DNA from: an uncultured Gammaproteobacteria bacterium
GTDB taxonomy: Bacteria; Pseudomonadota; Gammaproteobacteria; GCA-002705445; GCA-002716945
Direction: 5' to 3'
NCBI GenBank assembly: GCA_913045115.1
Contig: CAJWPJ010000003.1
Location: 854 to 64,853 of the forward strand
DNA length: 64,000 bases
The position numbers and the translations under genes were made by a program. The notes under the pieces are model-generated. The model was given only the letters and a program-made list of their open reading frames with translations, did not search any database and was not told the DNA's origin. Position 1 is the first letter of the stretch; the number at the start of each line of letters is the position of its first letter. This document shows positions 28,692 to 39,119 of the stretch, one piece after another.

Positions 28692-31253
28692 ATGATAGGA
28701 AATATCCTTAAAAAAGTATTTGGAAGTAGAAACTCAAGACTAATCAAAGAATATAGCTCTAACGTTAAAAAAATTAATGATTTAGAGCAATTTTTCGAGA
28801 CTAAATCTGACGAGGAACTCAAATCTTTCACCTCAGAATTCAAGCAAAGATATCTCAAATCACATAATCTAGATGAGCTCTTAGAGGAAGCATTTGCGCT
28901 GGTGAGGGAAGCTTCAAAAAGGACTCTTGGACTCCGACATTTCGATGAGCAATTACTTGGCGGTATAGCTCTGCATCACGGTAAAATTAGTGAGATGAAA
29001 ACAGGTGAGGGTAAAACGCTTGTCAGTACATTACCTGCTTATCTTAATTCATTGAGCGGCAAACCTGTTTATATTGTAACAGTGAATGATTATCTTGCTG
29101 AACGTGACTCAAAATGGATGGGTTGTATTTTTGAGTTTTTAGGATTAACAGTTGGCTTCGTCAATAGCCTTGTCACACATGATCAAAGAAAGAATGTATA
29201 TAATTCAGATGTGATCTATGGCACAAATAATGAGTTTGGTTTTGATTATCTGAGAGATAACATGGTGGTGACCTCAAGTGAAAAATGTCAGTCAAGTTTG
29301 AGCTATGCAATTATTGATGAGGTTGACTCGGTTCTTATTGACGAAGCTAGGACTCCACTAATAATATCTGGTTCCAGCAACAAAACTAACAACACATATT
29401 CAGTAATTAATAAAATTATTAATAAGTTTTTATCCAACAACAATACTAGTTATTATAATCTAGAGGAAAAACAAAAGTCTGTGTCTCTTACAGAAGAGGG
29501 ACAGTCTGTTATTGAGACCCTTTTACTTTCAAATAATTTAATTCAATCATCCTCTGATATATATGCTGCGAACAATATTCAGTTATTTAGTCATATAGAT
29601 TCAAGCCTAAAAGCACATTTGATTTATAAGAAAGATAAAGAATATGTTGTTGAGAATCATGAGATAGTTATTATCGATGAATTTACAGGAAGAAAAATGC
29701 CTGGAAGAAGATGGTCTGAGGGACTACATCAGGCTATTGAAGCAAAAGAAAATGTAACTATAAAACAAGAAAATCAAACATATGCATCAATCACATTTCA
29801 AAATTACTTCAGGATGTTTGATAAGATATGTGGGATGACAGGGACAGCAGATACCGAAGCAGAGGAATTTTCACAAATTTACGATCTTGAAGTCGTACAA
29901 ATTCCACCTCATAAAAAAATGATTAGAGATGATAAAGTTGACCTAGTTTTTCTAACTGAAAAAGAGAAATACGATAGAATTATAAATGAAATTATAGAAA
30001 TCAGTAGTACAAAACAACCTATTCTGGTTGGCACCACTTCTGTTGAGTCATCTGAACATATATCAAAGAAACTTAAAGCAAGAAAAATTCCACACAACGT
30101 ACTAAATGCAAAATATCATCAAAAAGAAGCGGAAATTATTGAAAATGCAGGAGCATTAGGTTCAATAACTATCGCTACCAATATGGCTGGAAGGGGGACG
30201 GATATCGTTCTTGGTGGCAAAAAAGATCAAGGTACAGATGAATGGATAGCAAATAATGAGACTGTAAAGAATTTAGGTGGTTTATATGTTATAGGAACTG
30301 AACGTCACGAATCTAGAAGAATTGATAATCAGCTACGCGGAAGATCTGGAAGACAAGGAGATCCAGGTATATCAAGATTTTTTCTATCCTTAGAGGATAA
30401 TCTAATGAGAATTTTTGCTTCTGATAAAGTATCAGACATTATGAAAAAACTTGGCATGCAAGATGGAGAAGCAATAGAGCATAAATGGGTTTCTAAATCT
30501 ATACAAAACGCACAAAAAAGAGTAGAGGCACACAACTTTGACATCCGTAAAACACTTTTAGAATACGACGATATCTCTAATGAGCAAAGAAAACTAATTT
30601 ATCAGCAAAGGGACTTCATCTTGAATAATGATGGAAATAAGTTAATTTCAACTGTGTGCACGAATTACGCTCAAGACTTTATTGAAATTAATAGAGATGA
30701 GTTATTATCAAACGATAATAAGCTAGCTGATTTTACTGACATTATCAAAACAGACTTTCTAATTCAATTAGATCTCAATGACATGATTGAAGACAATATA
30801 TTTAATGAAAATAAGCTGAAGCAGAGTCTGCAAAACCTAATAATGGATAAAATTAAGGATAATGTGAAAAATATATCCGCTAACGAATATAACGATTTGA
30901 TTAAAAATATTTCATTAGCTGTGATTGATGAGGAATACAGAAATCATCTTAGTTCAATGGATTATTTAAGACAGTCTATCGGGTTAAGAGGTTATGCTCA
31001 GAAGAATCCAAAAAATGAATACAAAAGAGAATCTTTTGAAATGTTTAATGTAATGCTTATGGATATCACAAAAGAAATTCTAAAAATATGTTGCAGAATT
31101 AAAGTAGACAATTATAATCCAAAATCTAATACCATCAAGGATGATTCAACGGAAATTAAATCAAATAAATTTGCTAATCTCGATATTTCACGGAATGCAT
31201 TATGCCCATGTGGTTCAGGGAAAAAATATAAAAGATGTTGTGGAAAATTATGA
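28692..31253 (+). CDS. secA: Preprotein translocase ATPase SecA
   Basis: N-terminal ILKKVFGSRNSRLIKEY, Walker A MKTGEGKT, and the C-terminal zinc-binding CPCGSGKKYKRCCG. Confidence 0.95.
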   Translation: MIGNILKKVFGSRNSRLIKEYSSNVKKINDLEQFFETKSDEELKSFTSEFKQRYLKSHNLDELLEEAFALVREASKRTLGLRHFDEQLLGGIALHHGKISEMKTGEGKTLVSTLPAYLNSLSGKPVYIVTVNDYLAERDSKWMGCIFEFLGLTVGFVNSLVTHDQRKNVYNSDVIYGTNNEFGFDYLRDNMVVTSSEKCQSSLSYAIIDEVDSVLIDEARTPLIISGSSNKTNNTYSVINKIINKFLSNNNTSYYNLEEKQKSVSLTEEGQSVIETLLLSNNLIQSSSDIYAANNIQLFSHIDSSLKAHLIYKKDKEYVVENHEIVIIDEFTGRKMPGRRWSEGLHQAIEAKENVTIKQENQTYASITFQNYFRMFDKICGMTGTADTEAEEFSQIYDLEVVQIPPHKKMIRDDKVDLVFLTEKEKYDRIINEIIEISSTKQPILVGTTSVESSEHISKKLKARKIPHNVLNAKYHQKEAEIIENAGALGSITIATNMAGRGTDIVLGGKKDQGTDEWIANNETVKNLGGLYVIGTERHESRRIDNQLRGRSGRQGDPGISRFFLSLEDNLMRIFASDKVSDIMKKLGMQDGEAIEHKWVSKSIQNAQKRVEAHNFDIRKTLLEYDDISNEQRKLIYQQRDFILNNDGNKLISTVCTNYAQDFIEINRDELLSNDNKLADFTDIIKTDFLIQLDLNDMIEDNIFNENKLKQSLQNLIMDKIKDNVKNISANEYNDLIKNISLAVIDEEYRNHLSSMDYLRQSIGLRGYAQKNPKNEYKRESFEMFNVMLMDITKEILKICCRIKVDNYNPKSNTIKDDSTEIKSNKFANLDISRNALCPCGSGKKYKRCCGKL

Positions 31254-32413
31254 TGAACTCTAAATTTGTTACATTACAACTTGGCATAAAAAAAAATAAA
31301 GTAGATGGTCTCTTGATTCAATTACCATTAGGTAGCACATCATCGATGATTACTACAAAAAATAAGTTCGCAGCATCTCCCGTGCTTGTCTCAAGGCAAA
31401 ATATTAAATATGGTCAAATAAAGCATATATTTATTAATTCAGGTAATGCAAATGCATGCACCGGGAATAAAGGAGATAAAAATACTAAAAAAATCTTACA
31501 TACACTATCTATGAGGCTTAGTTGCCGTGTTGATGAAATATTAATCATGTCTACAGGCATCATAGGAAGACAACTCCCTATTGATAAGATTTTAGAATCT
31601 CTTCAAACTAGTGATTTTAATAAATATACTGATCTTAAAAATGCAGCCACTGCAATTATGACAACAGATAAGTTTCCGAAATATCTCTCTCAGACATATA
31701 AAATTGGGCAAAAGAAAATTACCTTTAGAGGGATATGCAAGGGCGCAGGCATGATAGAGCCAAATATGGCTACTATGTTAAGTTTCATAGAAACAAATGT
31801 TGAATTACCCAAAGTTTTACTAAGAAGATATTTAAAATATTGCTCAGACTTGTCATTTAACAGTATCTCTGTCGATGGCGATATGTCTACTAACGATACA
31901 GTTGTTTTCACATCGACAGGCAGTCTAAATATTAATATTAATAACAAATCTGTAGAGAAAAAATTTTTATCATATGCTTCTGACTTTTTTATTAAATTAG
32001 CATCTTATATTGTAAAGGATGGAGAAGGCGCGACAAAGTTTATTAAGATGAATGTTATAAATACTAAAAGTTTAACTCTGGCCCAAGAGGTATCCAGAAA
32101 ACTCTCTAACTCACTCTTGGTCAAAACAGCTATTTTTGGTGAGGATCCCAACTGGGGTAGGATAATTGCTAGTCTAGGATCCATTGATTCTCATTACATT
32201 AATACAACTAGAGTAAAACTTAAGATAAATAACATCTTATGCTTTAAAAATGGAATGCCTATAGACAATATTTCTAGAAAACTTGAGAAATCAATGCAGA
32301 AAAATACTATAGAGATTACAATAGACTTAAATAATGGAAGATACAAACAAAGTGTATATTTCTCTGATCTTTCATATGATTATGTTCGAATCAATTCAGA
32401 ATATACAACATAA
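31235..32413 (+). CDS. argJ: Bifunctional glutamate N-acetyltransferase / amino-acid acetyltransferase ArgJ
   Basis: Self-cleavage site motif PNMATMLSFIETNV and ArgJ family sequence along the length. Confidence 0.8.
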   Translation: MLWKIMMNSKFVTLQLGIKKNKVDGLLIQLPLGSTSSMITTKNKFAASPVLVSRQNIKYGQIKHIFINSGNANACTGNKGDKNTKKILHTLSMRLSCRVDEILIMSTGIIGRQLPIDKILESLQTSDFNKYTDLKNAATAIMTTDKFPKYLSQTYKIGQKKITFRGICKGAGMIEPNMATMLSFIETNVELPKVLLRRYLKYCSDLSFNSISVDGDMSTNDTVVFTSTGSLNININNKSVEKKFLSYASDFFIKLASYIVKDGEGATKFIKMNVINTKSLTLAQEVSRKLSNSLLVKTAIFGEDPNWGRIIASLGSIDSHYINTTRVKLKINNILCFKNGMPIDNISRKLEKSMQKNTIEITIDLNNGRYKQSVYFSDLSYDYVRINSEYTT

Positions 32414-33312
32414 TGTCATCTAAACAAATTGAAATATCTATTGGGCTGATAAAGTTCAATTCAGCACTTATCTGTCTGAAAAGAAATAAGAAACCTTACG
32501 AGGGCTTTATTGAATTTCCAGGTGGTAAGAAAAAAGGGAGTGAAAGTCCTATAGAATGTCTTAGAAGAGAGATAACAGAAGAACTTAATATTAGGGTAGA
32601 GAAGGCAAAGTTTATTTATTGCATCAAACATCAGTATGAAGACGCTTTAATTATCATCAATGTATTTAATATACATAGATATTCAGGCAATATTTCATCA
32701 AATGAAGAAAGAGAGGTTGTATATTATGATAGTGCATCTGATCATAATGTACTCCCCACTCATGAAAGAATACTGAGACTAATGAAGTTGCCGAAATTAC
32801 TAAAGATTATTACATCTCTAAATTATGACGATTTCAACTTTAAAAGCATAAATTTATATAAATATATCAGATTAAGAGATATATCTTTTGATACTTATAA
32901 GGCTTATATTCAGCCTAAGTTAGAAAAATATCGATATAAAGGCAATCTTATAATAGATTACCCATTTAATAAAAATTGGGATGATAACTATGCTGGGATT
33001 CATTTCAAAAGCAATAGGCTTAAGAATTGTCTAAACATGATAAAAAATCACAGATACCTTTACTCTGCTTCATGCCATACCCTTGATGATGTTGAGTTAT
33101 CAAACAAGATACTTTTTGACTTTATTCTAATCTCTCCTGTTATTACATCTCCTTATGACACAACACCTCTTGGCTGGACTAAATTTGGGAGTTTATCAAA
33201 TAGATCTTATGTTCCAACATATGCTCTCGGTGGGTTACAATCCCTAGGAGATGATTTATCTAATTCTTCATCTAACAAAGGATTCGGCTTGGCAGGAATA
33301 AAATGTATATGA
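32413..33312 (+). CDS. mutT: NUDIX hydrolase (MutT-like) fused to a thiamine-phosphate-synthase-like domain
   Basis: Nudix box GGKKKGSESPIECLRREITEELNI at the N-terminus and a ThiE/TenI-like C-terminal half. It sits after secA as in the gammaproteobacterial secA-mutT arrangement. Confidence 0.65.
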   Translation: MSSKQIEISIGLIKFNSALICLKRNKKPYEGFIEFPGGKKKGSESPIECLRREITEELNIRVEKAKFIYCIKHQYEDALIIINVFNIHRYSGNISSNEEREVVYYDSASDHNVLPTHERILRLMKLPKLLKIITSLNYDDFNFKSINLYKYIRLRDISFDTYKAYIQPKLEKYRYKGNLIIDYPFNKNWDDNYAGIHFKSNRLKNCLNMIKNHRYLYSASCHTLDDVELSNKILFDFILISPVITSPYDTTPLGWTKFGSLSNRSYVPTYALGGLQSLGDDLSNSSSNKGFGLAGIKCI

Positions 33313-34074
33313 CTATATGTAGCATAGGTCGATCACAAATGTTATGTCATCCTTAAGCTGTATAAATTTATTATTATCATTAAGAGTCATAAATGAAATA
33401 GTAGCTCTCTGTGGACCAACACTTACTCTTGGAAAAAAATAATTATCAGAATGCATAGTAATTCTTAACAGACGAACTTTTTTATCTGGATCTAGTTTAA
33501 AAATATGAATTCCGTTCTGAGCACATTCTTCTCGAGTCTCTGAGCTTTTTCTAAGTATATCCAGACAAAAATATATAGAATTTTCTATTGGTTTAATTTT
33601 TTCTTGCCACAAATTAATCTGATTACATCTAAACGTATAATCTCTGGTGAGCCAATAATCTAGCTCAGAACTCAAAGTATCATAGTGTTTTACACAATGC
33701 TGAAATAATTCATCATTATGCAACTCAGTTAAGTAATTTGCTTGAAGGTTATGTAATGTATTTAGAATAACATTCTGCTTTTCCATAATTGAATTTAATT
33801 TAATTTTATCTGACCCTTCTATTTTTACATATTCTATATAGCGTGATTTATGAAAATCAATTTCTCTAATGAGTTCTCTTTTCACTTCAGCTCTTGATAG
33901 CATTTGGTATAAACTGATTAAATTATATAGGGCTGCAAAGGAATCATAAGAGTTATCAATATCTTTATGCTTATTTATTTTTAAGAAGTAACTTTCTAGT
34001 TTAAGAAACTTTCTAATACGTTCATCAACTGGCTCCTCATATATTGCTGCATGAGTATCTGAAAAACTATTCAT
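33313..34074 (-). CDS. zapD: Cell division protein ZapD
   Basis: 253 aa. The coaE-zapD order on the minus strand next to mutT matches the E. coli yacG-zapD-coaE locus. Confidence 0.65.
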   Translation of the reverse strand: MNSFSDTHAAIYEEPVDERIRKFLKLESYFLKINKHKDIDNSYDSFAALYNLISLYQMLSRAEVKRELIREIDFHKSRYIEYVKIEGSDKIKLNSIMEKQNVILNTLHNLQANYLTELHNDELFQHCVKHYDTLSSELDYWLTRDYTFRCNQINLWQEKIKPIENSIYFCLDILRKSSETREECAQNGIHIFKLDPDKKVRLLRITMHSDNYFFPRVSVGPQRATISFMTLNDNNKFIQLKDDITFVIDLCYI

Positions 34075-34628
34075 GATGCAATAATAGTCCTATCAAAATA
34101 TCTACTTAATGAATCAATGTCACTATTATTATTGATTATAATTTCGCATGAGTCTTTTATTAACTTATAATCGTTCTGTACTGCATTCATTTTAATAAAA
34201 TAGTCTTTATCATTTATTTTATATCTACTAAATCTTTCAATTCTCATTTCCTCATTCGTATCAATATATATCGATGAGTATTCTTTAAATAATTCATAGT
34301 TATTTATTATTGGAGGAACTTCTACCATGAGATTATTTTTTAACTGAAATTCATTAAGTATTATTTTATGGACCATAGGATGAAATATAGCTTCTATTAT
34401 TTCTCTATTTTTTTTCGATTTGAAAAAAAAATCTTTAACATAGTCTTTGAGATTATTATGATCAATGTCTATATTTAAATATTTTTTAATTTTATGAACT
34501 ATCGAAGGTTCATTATATAAGCTAGCTACAATATCATCAGATTTGATAACTTCAAATTTATGTTTTCGTGCAATTTCTAGAAAAGTACTTTTTCCAGAGC
34601 ATATTAGTCCAGTCACTAGATAATTCAT
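34071..34628 (-). CDS. coaE: Dephospho-CoA kinase CoaE
   Basis: MNYLVTGLICSGKST carries the P-loop. The ORF track extends it N-terminally to 34784, but that extension overlaps the upstream small ORF, so I start the gene at 34628. Confidence 0.8.
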   Translation of the reverse strand: MNYLVTGLICSGKSTFLEIARKHKFEVIKSDDIVASLYNEPSIVHKIKKYLNIDIDHNNLKDYVKDFFFKSKKNREIIEAIFHPMVHKIILNEFQLKNNLMVEVPPIINNYELFKEYSSIYIDTNEEMRIERFSRYKINDKDYFIKMNAVQNDYKLIKDSCEIIINNNSDIDSLSRYFDRTIIAS

Positions 34629-34704
34629 TATCGTAGCAATACTGTAAGAGTAATTCCTAGTATCATGATTATTAGCAGAGTAATTAATAGCGGTTGTCTT
34701 CTTG

Positions 34705-34893
34705 TCATCTTTTATTAGGGCATTGATTGATTTGTTCTTTTGAAACACATAGATTAGCCTCAATAACATGGAACCCGCACTCATGACACATTACCATGTT
34801 GCCTACCTGGTCTCTATTTTCTTCAGATTTCTTGTTCCTTTTGATCAAGAAATAAGCCACAATGAGCGCTATAATAAGAATAATAATTTTCAT
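34705..34893 (-). CDS. Small membrane-anchored protein with a C-terminal Cys4 zinc-ribbon-like cluster
   Basis: N-terminal TM helix IIILIIALIVAYFLI, a basic linker, then CHECGFHV...C...C. It is unlike YacG. It may belong to the PP0621 family, but I cannot verify that. Confidence 0.35.
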   Translation of the reverse strand: MKIIILIIALIVAYFLIKRNKKSEENRDQVGNMVMCHECGFHVIEANLCVSKEQINQCPNKR

Positions 34894-34947
34894 ACTTTTT
34901 TTAATGAAATTATTTCACATTAATAACAATAATAAAACATATCGATC

Positions 34948-35694
34948 ATGAACAACCAAGATAAAATTGAATTTATTATAGACTGGATTACCGATTATGT
35001 TGATAAAATGCCAAATCCTGCACAGAGCTTGGTCGTTGGGGTGTCAGGCGGGATTGACTCAGCTCTCACCAGTACCCTAGCTAGTATGACGGGATTACAG
35101 ACATATGCTCTATCTATGCCAATAAACACAGGTGCTAAATGTAATAATTTAGGCGAAGTCCATGGACATTGGTTGAAAGAAAAATTTAAAAATACTAACC
35201 ATATGACAATTGATTTAACATCCACATACAGAGAGTTCAACTCTTTGTTGACCAACTCAAATCAAGATTCAGATTTAGGTTTTGCTAACTCTAAATCTAG
35301 ACTACGAATGGTGACTCTGTACCAAGTTGCGGCTGCACAAGGCGGCCTAGTTGTCGGGACAGGTAACAAAGTAGAGGATTTCGGTGTAGGTTTCTATACA
35401 AAGTATGGTGATGGCGGCGTTGATATTTCACCAATAGCAGATCTTATGAAATCTGAAGTTCACAGCTTAGCATCTTCTCTTGGTATTGATGAAAGAATCT
35501 TGCAGGCTCCTCCTACAGATGGACTATGGGATGATGACAGAACAGATGAGACACAACTTGGTTTATCATACAATGAACTCGAAGAAGCAATGCTAAATGA
35601 AGACTCCATAAACAGAAATAAATATCAGAAAATAAGAAAAAACAATTTACACAAGATGAATTCAATTCCAGTATGCAAGATACCAAGAACTTAA
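34948..35694 (+). CDS. nadE: NH3-dependent NAD+ synthetase NadE
   Basis: PP-loop SLVVGVSGGIDSALTS; length 248 aa. Confidence 0.85.
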   Translation: MNNQDKIEFIIDWITDYVDKMPNPAQSLVVGVSGGIDSALTSTLASMTGLQTYALSMPINTGAKCNNLGEVHGHWLKEKFKNTNHMTIDLTSTYREFNSLLTNSNQDSDLGFANSKSRLRMVTLYQVAAAQGGLVVGTGNKVEDFGVGFYTKYGDGGVDISPIADLMKSEVHSLASSLGIDERILQAPPTDGLWDDDRTDETQLGLSYNELEEAMLNEDSINRNKYQKIRKNNLHKMNSIPVCKIPRT

Positions 35695-35698
35695 TCAT

Positions 35699-36538
35699 TT
35701 AGAATAGATTAAAATCAAAAAAAGAATCCTCATCATCAACTGTCGCAATATTTTTATTTTGAATAGTTATCAATTTATTTTCATTTATGGTGTACTCATA
35801 GTTGTCATAATTTGTAGTAAGAACTTCAGCTGTCTCTAATGCCAATTCTGCTGATCCTAATTTATTATAGCTATCTATGAGCACTATTAGAGCATCTTTA
35901 GATGCTGGCGCGCCGGGATAAGTCTCTAGCATATATTTTGCTCTTTCACTGGATGCAACGAATGCACCTCTTTTAAGGTAGTATTTAGCTATATAAATCT
36001 CATGATTAGCCATGGCGTTTCTTAAAAAAATTAATCTGTTTTGTGCATCTGCTGCATACTTACTGCCTTCAAACTTGTTACTGATTAGAAGAAAATCATT
36101 GTACGCTTGCTTCAGACGGGTCACATCATATTTTGAAACATCTTGCCCTAGGAGTTCTTGAAAAAATGGTTGCTCCTTTTCTAGATTAGATATTGCACGT
36201 AGATAATACGCATAGTCTAAGTTTGGATGATTAGGATACAAATCTATAAAGCGATCACATTCTGCTATCGCATCATCTTTCTGACCGAAATCATAATATG
36301 CAAATGCAAGATCTAATATTGATTGTTGAGCATATGTAGAGAATGGAAATCTAGCCTCAAGCATTTCAAATAAAACCACTGCTTGGGGTATATCTGCATT
36401 TGCTAGAAAGTCTGATCCTAAGTTATACAGCTGTGCTTCAGGCATATCTTTATATGGATCTATTTTTGCTTTGTCGAAAAACGCGCAACTTGTCAAAGAT
36501 AATAAAAGGCAAATTAAGGAAAGATTAAATTTATTCAT
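35699..36538 (-). CDS. bamD: Outer membrane protein assembly factor BamD
   Basis: Lipobox LLSLTSC, TPR-like repeats, and divergent from rluD as in E. coli bamD/rluD. Confidence 0.8.
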   Translation of the reverse strand: MNKFNLSLICLLLSLTSCAFFDKAKIDPYKDMPEAQLYNLGSDFLANADIPQAVVLFEMLEARFPFSTYAQQSILDLAFAYYDFGQKDDAIAECDRFIDLYPNHPNLDYAYYLRAISNLEKEQPFFQELLGQDVSKYDVTRLKQAYNDFLLISNKFEGSKYAADAQNRLIFLRNAMANHEIYIAKYYLKRGAFVASSERAKYMLETYPGAPASKDALIVLIDSYNKLGSAELALETAEVLTTNYDNYEYTINENKLITIQNKNIATVDDEDSFFDFNLF

Positions 36539-36555
36539 CAGTATAATATTATAGC

Positions 36556-37491
36556 ATGGACAGTGATAATATTTACAATTTTACATTAGAAGTAGAAAAA
36601 GAGGATAGAGTTGATAAGTTACTATCAAGTTACTTTCTGGAATATTCGAGATCTACTATTCAAAAATGGATATCAAGTAATAATGTGAAAATTGATGGTA
36701 ACCCGTGCACTCAAAAAGACAAGATAAAAAAAAATTGCTTAGTTTCTATAAATATCGTTACACAACCAGAGGTTAACTTAATAGCTGAGGATATACCACT
36801 CGATATCATTGATGAAACTGATGATTATATTTTAGTGAATAAATCATCAGGTATGGTAACGCATATCGCACCTGGAAATTATAACGGAACTCTTCAAAAT
36901 GCACTATTTTACAAATATCCTGAGCTTGCAAATATACCAAGAACTGGGATCATCCATAGACTAGATAAAGACACATCAGGAATACTTGTAATATCAAGAA
37001 GTTTAACTTCACACAATTATCTGAGTAAACAGCTACAGGAGCGTAAATTCAAAAAAGTATATCATGCGATCATATCGGGAGTATTTGATAAAGCCGTCAG
37101 AATTGAGGAGCCAATTGGCAGACATCCAGTTGATAGAAAAAAAATGACAGTTTCATCTAATGGCAGATTTGCTTGTTCAATAATAAAACCATTAGAGTAT
37201 TTCTCAAAAGCATCACATGTTGAAGTTGATATTATAACCGGAAGAACACATCAAATTAGGGTACACATGGCTCACAAAAAACATCCAATAGTGGGTGATA
37301 AACTCTATGGTTTCAAAAAAAATATTTTTTCAAAGTCTCACAATATACTTAGTTCAATAGAACCAAGCTTTGGTCAATACCTTCATGCATATTATTTATC
37401 ATTTTTAGATCCAAGAACAAATGAGATTAAAGAATATAAAGCCCCATATCCAAGGGAATATCAATTGCTATTGGATGTATTAAGTGAGTGA
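36556..37491 (+). CDS. rluD: 23S rRNA pseudouridine synthase RluD
   Basis: S4 domain at the N-terminus and the RluA-family catalytic motif HRLDKDTSG. Confidence 0.85.
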   Translation: MDSDNIYNFTLEVEKEDRVDKLLSSYFLEYSRSTIQKWISSNNVKIDGNPCTQKDKIKKNCLVSINIVTQPEVNLIAEDIPLDIIDETDDYILVNKSSGMVTHIAPGNYNGTLQNALFYKYPELANIPRTGIIHRLDKDTSGILVISRSLTSHNYLSKQLQERKFKKVYHAIISGVFDKAVRIEEPIGRHPVDRKKMTVSSNGRFACSIIKPLEYFSKASHVEVDIITGRTHQIRVHMAHKKHPIVGDKLYGFKKNIFSKSHNILSSIEPSFGQYLHAYYLSFLDPRTNEIKEYKAPYPREYQLLLDVLSE

Positions 37492-37497
37492 ATCAAA

Positions 37498-38214
37498 ATG
37501 ATTACAAGTTATAATATTAATTGGCATGTACCTCCGAACATAGGTTACTTCATATCAACAAATCAAACCGGATTTAGTGAAGGAAAATATAAATATGCAA
37601 ATTTCTCTAAAAAAGTTGGAGATACCGAAGATCTAGTTGATTTAAATATTATCAATTTAAAAAATCAACTTGAGTTGAAAGATATAACTTTTATGAATCA
37701 GACACACTCTAATATAATATTAAGAGTTAATCGTAGTGATAGCTTTCTAGATTGTGATGGTATGTTTACTGAGAAAAGAAATGTAGCGTGTGCAGTGCTT
37801 ACAGCAGATTGTATACCTTTATTGATAACAGAAAAAACCGGAAATCTGATTGGGTGTATTCATGCTGGTTGGAAGGGCCTACAATCTCAAGTAATTGAAA
37901 ACTTTTTTGAGAAACTTACTACAGTGCCCCGTCGTGATTTTAAGGTTCTTCTTGGGCCCTGTATAAGTCAGGCTAAATATGAGGTTGATGATACTATCAT
38001 TTCAAGTTTCTCAAAATATAGCAAAAGGTTCAAAAAAAATAAATCAGGTAATTATTATATGGATTTAAGACACATTGCATATGATATATTAACTGAATTG
38101 GGTGTTACAAATGTTACAATATCAGAAGCTTGTACTTTTGATGATGATTTCTACTCATATAGAAAAGATAAGATAACGGGAAGATTTATTTCTCTTATTT
38201 GGTTTAATAAATGA
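37498..38214 (+). CDS. pgeF: YfiH/PgeF family purine-nucleoside phosphorylase / peptidoglycan editing factor
   Basis: DUF152 signature TADCIPLL...GCIHAGWKG; directly after rluD. Confidence 0.75.
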   Translation: MITSYNINWHVPPNIGYFISTNQTGFSEGKYKYANFSKKVGDTEDLVDLNIINLKNQLELKDITFMNQTHSNIILRVNRSDSFLDCDGMFTEKRNVACAVLTADCIPLLITEKTGNLIGCIHAGWKGLQSQVIENFFEKLTTVPRRDFKVLLGPCISQAKYEVDDTIISSFSKYSKRFKKNKSGNYYMDLRHIAYDILTELGVTNVTISEACTFDDDFYSYRKDKITGRFISLIWFNK

Positions 38215-39119
38215 TTTTTGAAAAATTAAAAAAAATAAAACCTTTTCACGCAATTGGTATCTTAATATTTCTAGGGCTATTGTATGGTTCAATTAATCTA
38301 TATAATAAAATCCAGTTCTATAAATCTTTCGCTAACCAAACTCGAACTATCTCTGTAGTAGCTGAGAGAGCTCAAATGGGACAAATAAATAAAATATATC
38401 CTGCAACATCAGTCATTGAATCTAATAAATCTTATGATGTTATTTCTAAAACAGATGGCATCCTAAATGATATTTATTTTAACGAATCATCTTTTGTAAA
38501 GAAAGGAGATCGATTATTTTCTATATTATCAGCTGCATCTGTAGGTGAAATAATTTTGTCTGCACCATTTGATGGTTATATTGGAATTACTGACTATAAG
38601 ATTGGAGATAAACTCAAAAATGGAGATCTACTTCTCACTCTTGATGATATGGTATTAATGAAAGCATATTTATATCTTCCTGAAAAAATACTACCTCAAA
38701 TAAAAGGACCAATTAAATTTAATGCTTACTCTAAACTATTTCCTGACGAATTATATACTGGTGAAATTACAAATCTTGATCAACGCGTTGATACTGATAC
38801 TAGAACTCTAAAATCTTATGCTTTGATTGAAAATGATTCTGGTTTCCTCAGACCTGGGATTCTTATGAATATTGATATAATTCTCGATGAAATAAACGAT
38901 GCGATTCTCATTCCTGAAAAATCAATCTTAACATCAAAGGATTACAGTTACGTATTTGTGGTAGAAAAGGATATAGCAAAACTCAGAAAAATTATTACAG
39001 GTGTTAGCAATGACGGAAATACGCAGATTTTAGAAGGCATACAATTAAATGATTTAGTTGTTACACTTGGCCACGAGAAGTTAAAAGATGGTTCTAAAGT
39101 AAAATTAATCGATAACTAA
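38211..39119 (+). CDS. Efflux RND transporter periplasmic adaptor (membrane fusion protein)
   Basis: N-terminal TM helix plus biotinyl/lipoyl-like and beta-barrel regions; overlaps the start of the RND pump gene. Confidence 0.75.
   Translation: MIFEKLKKIKPFHAIGILIFLGLLYGSINLYNKIQFYKSFANQTRTISVVAERAQMGQINKIYPATSVIESNKSYDVISKTDGILNDIYFNESSFVKKGDRLFSILSAASVGEIILSAPFDGYIGITDYKIGDKLKNGDLLLTLDDMVLMKAYLYLPEKILPQIKGPIKFNAYSKLFPDELYTGEITNLDQRVDTDTRTLKSYALIENDSGFLRPGILMNIDIILDEINDAILIPEKSILTSKDYSYVFVVEKDIAKLRKIITGVSNDGNTQILEGIQLNDLVVTLGHEKLKDGSKVKLIDN

Noticed and set aside
34629-34784. N-terminal extension of coaE (52 residues before MNYLVTGLICSGKST)
   Set aside because: CoaE begins a few residues before its P-loop. 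The extension overlaps the upstream small Cys4 ORF.
34705-34893. Calling the small Cys4 ORF yacG
   Set aside because: YacG is soluble with a CPxC...CSxRC pattern. This ORF has an N-terminal TM helix and a different Cys spacing.
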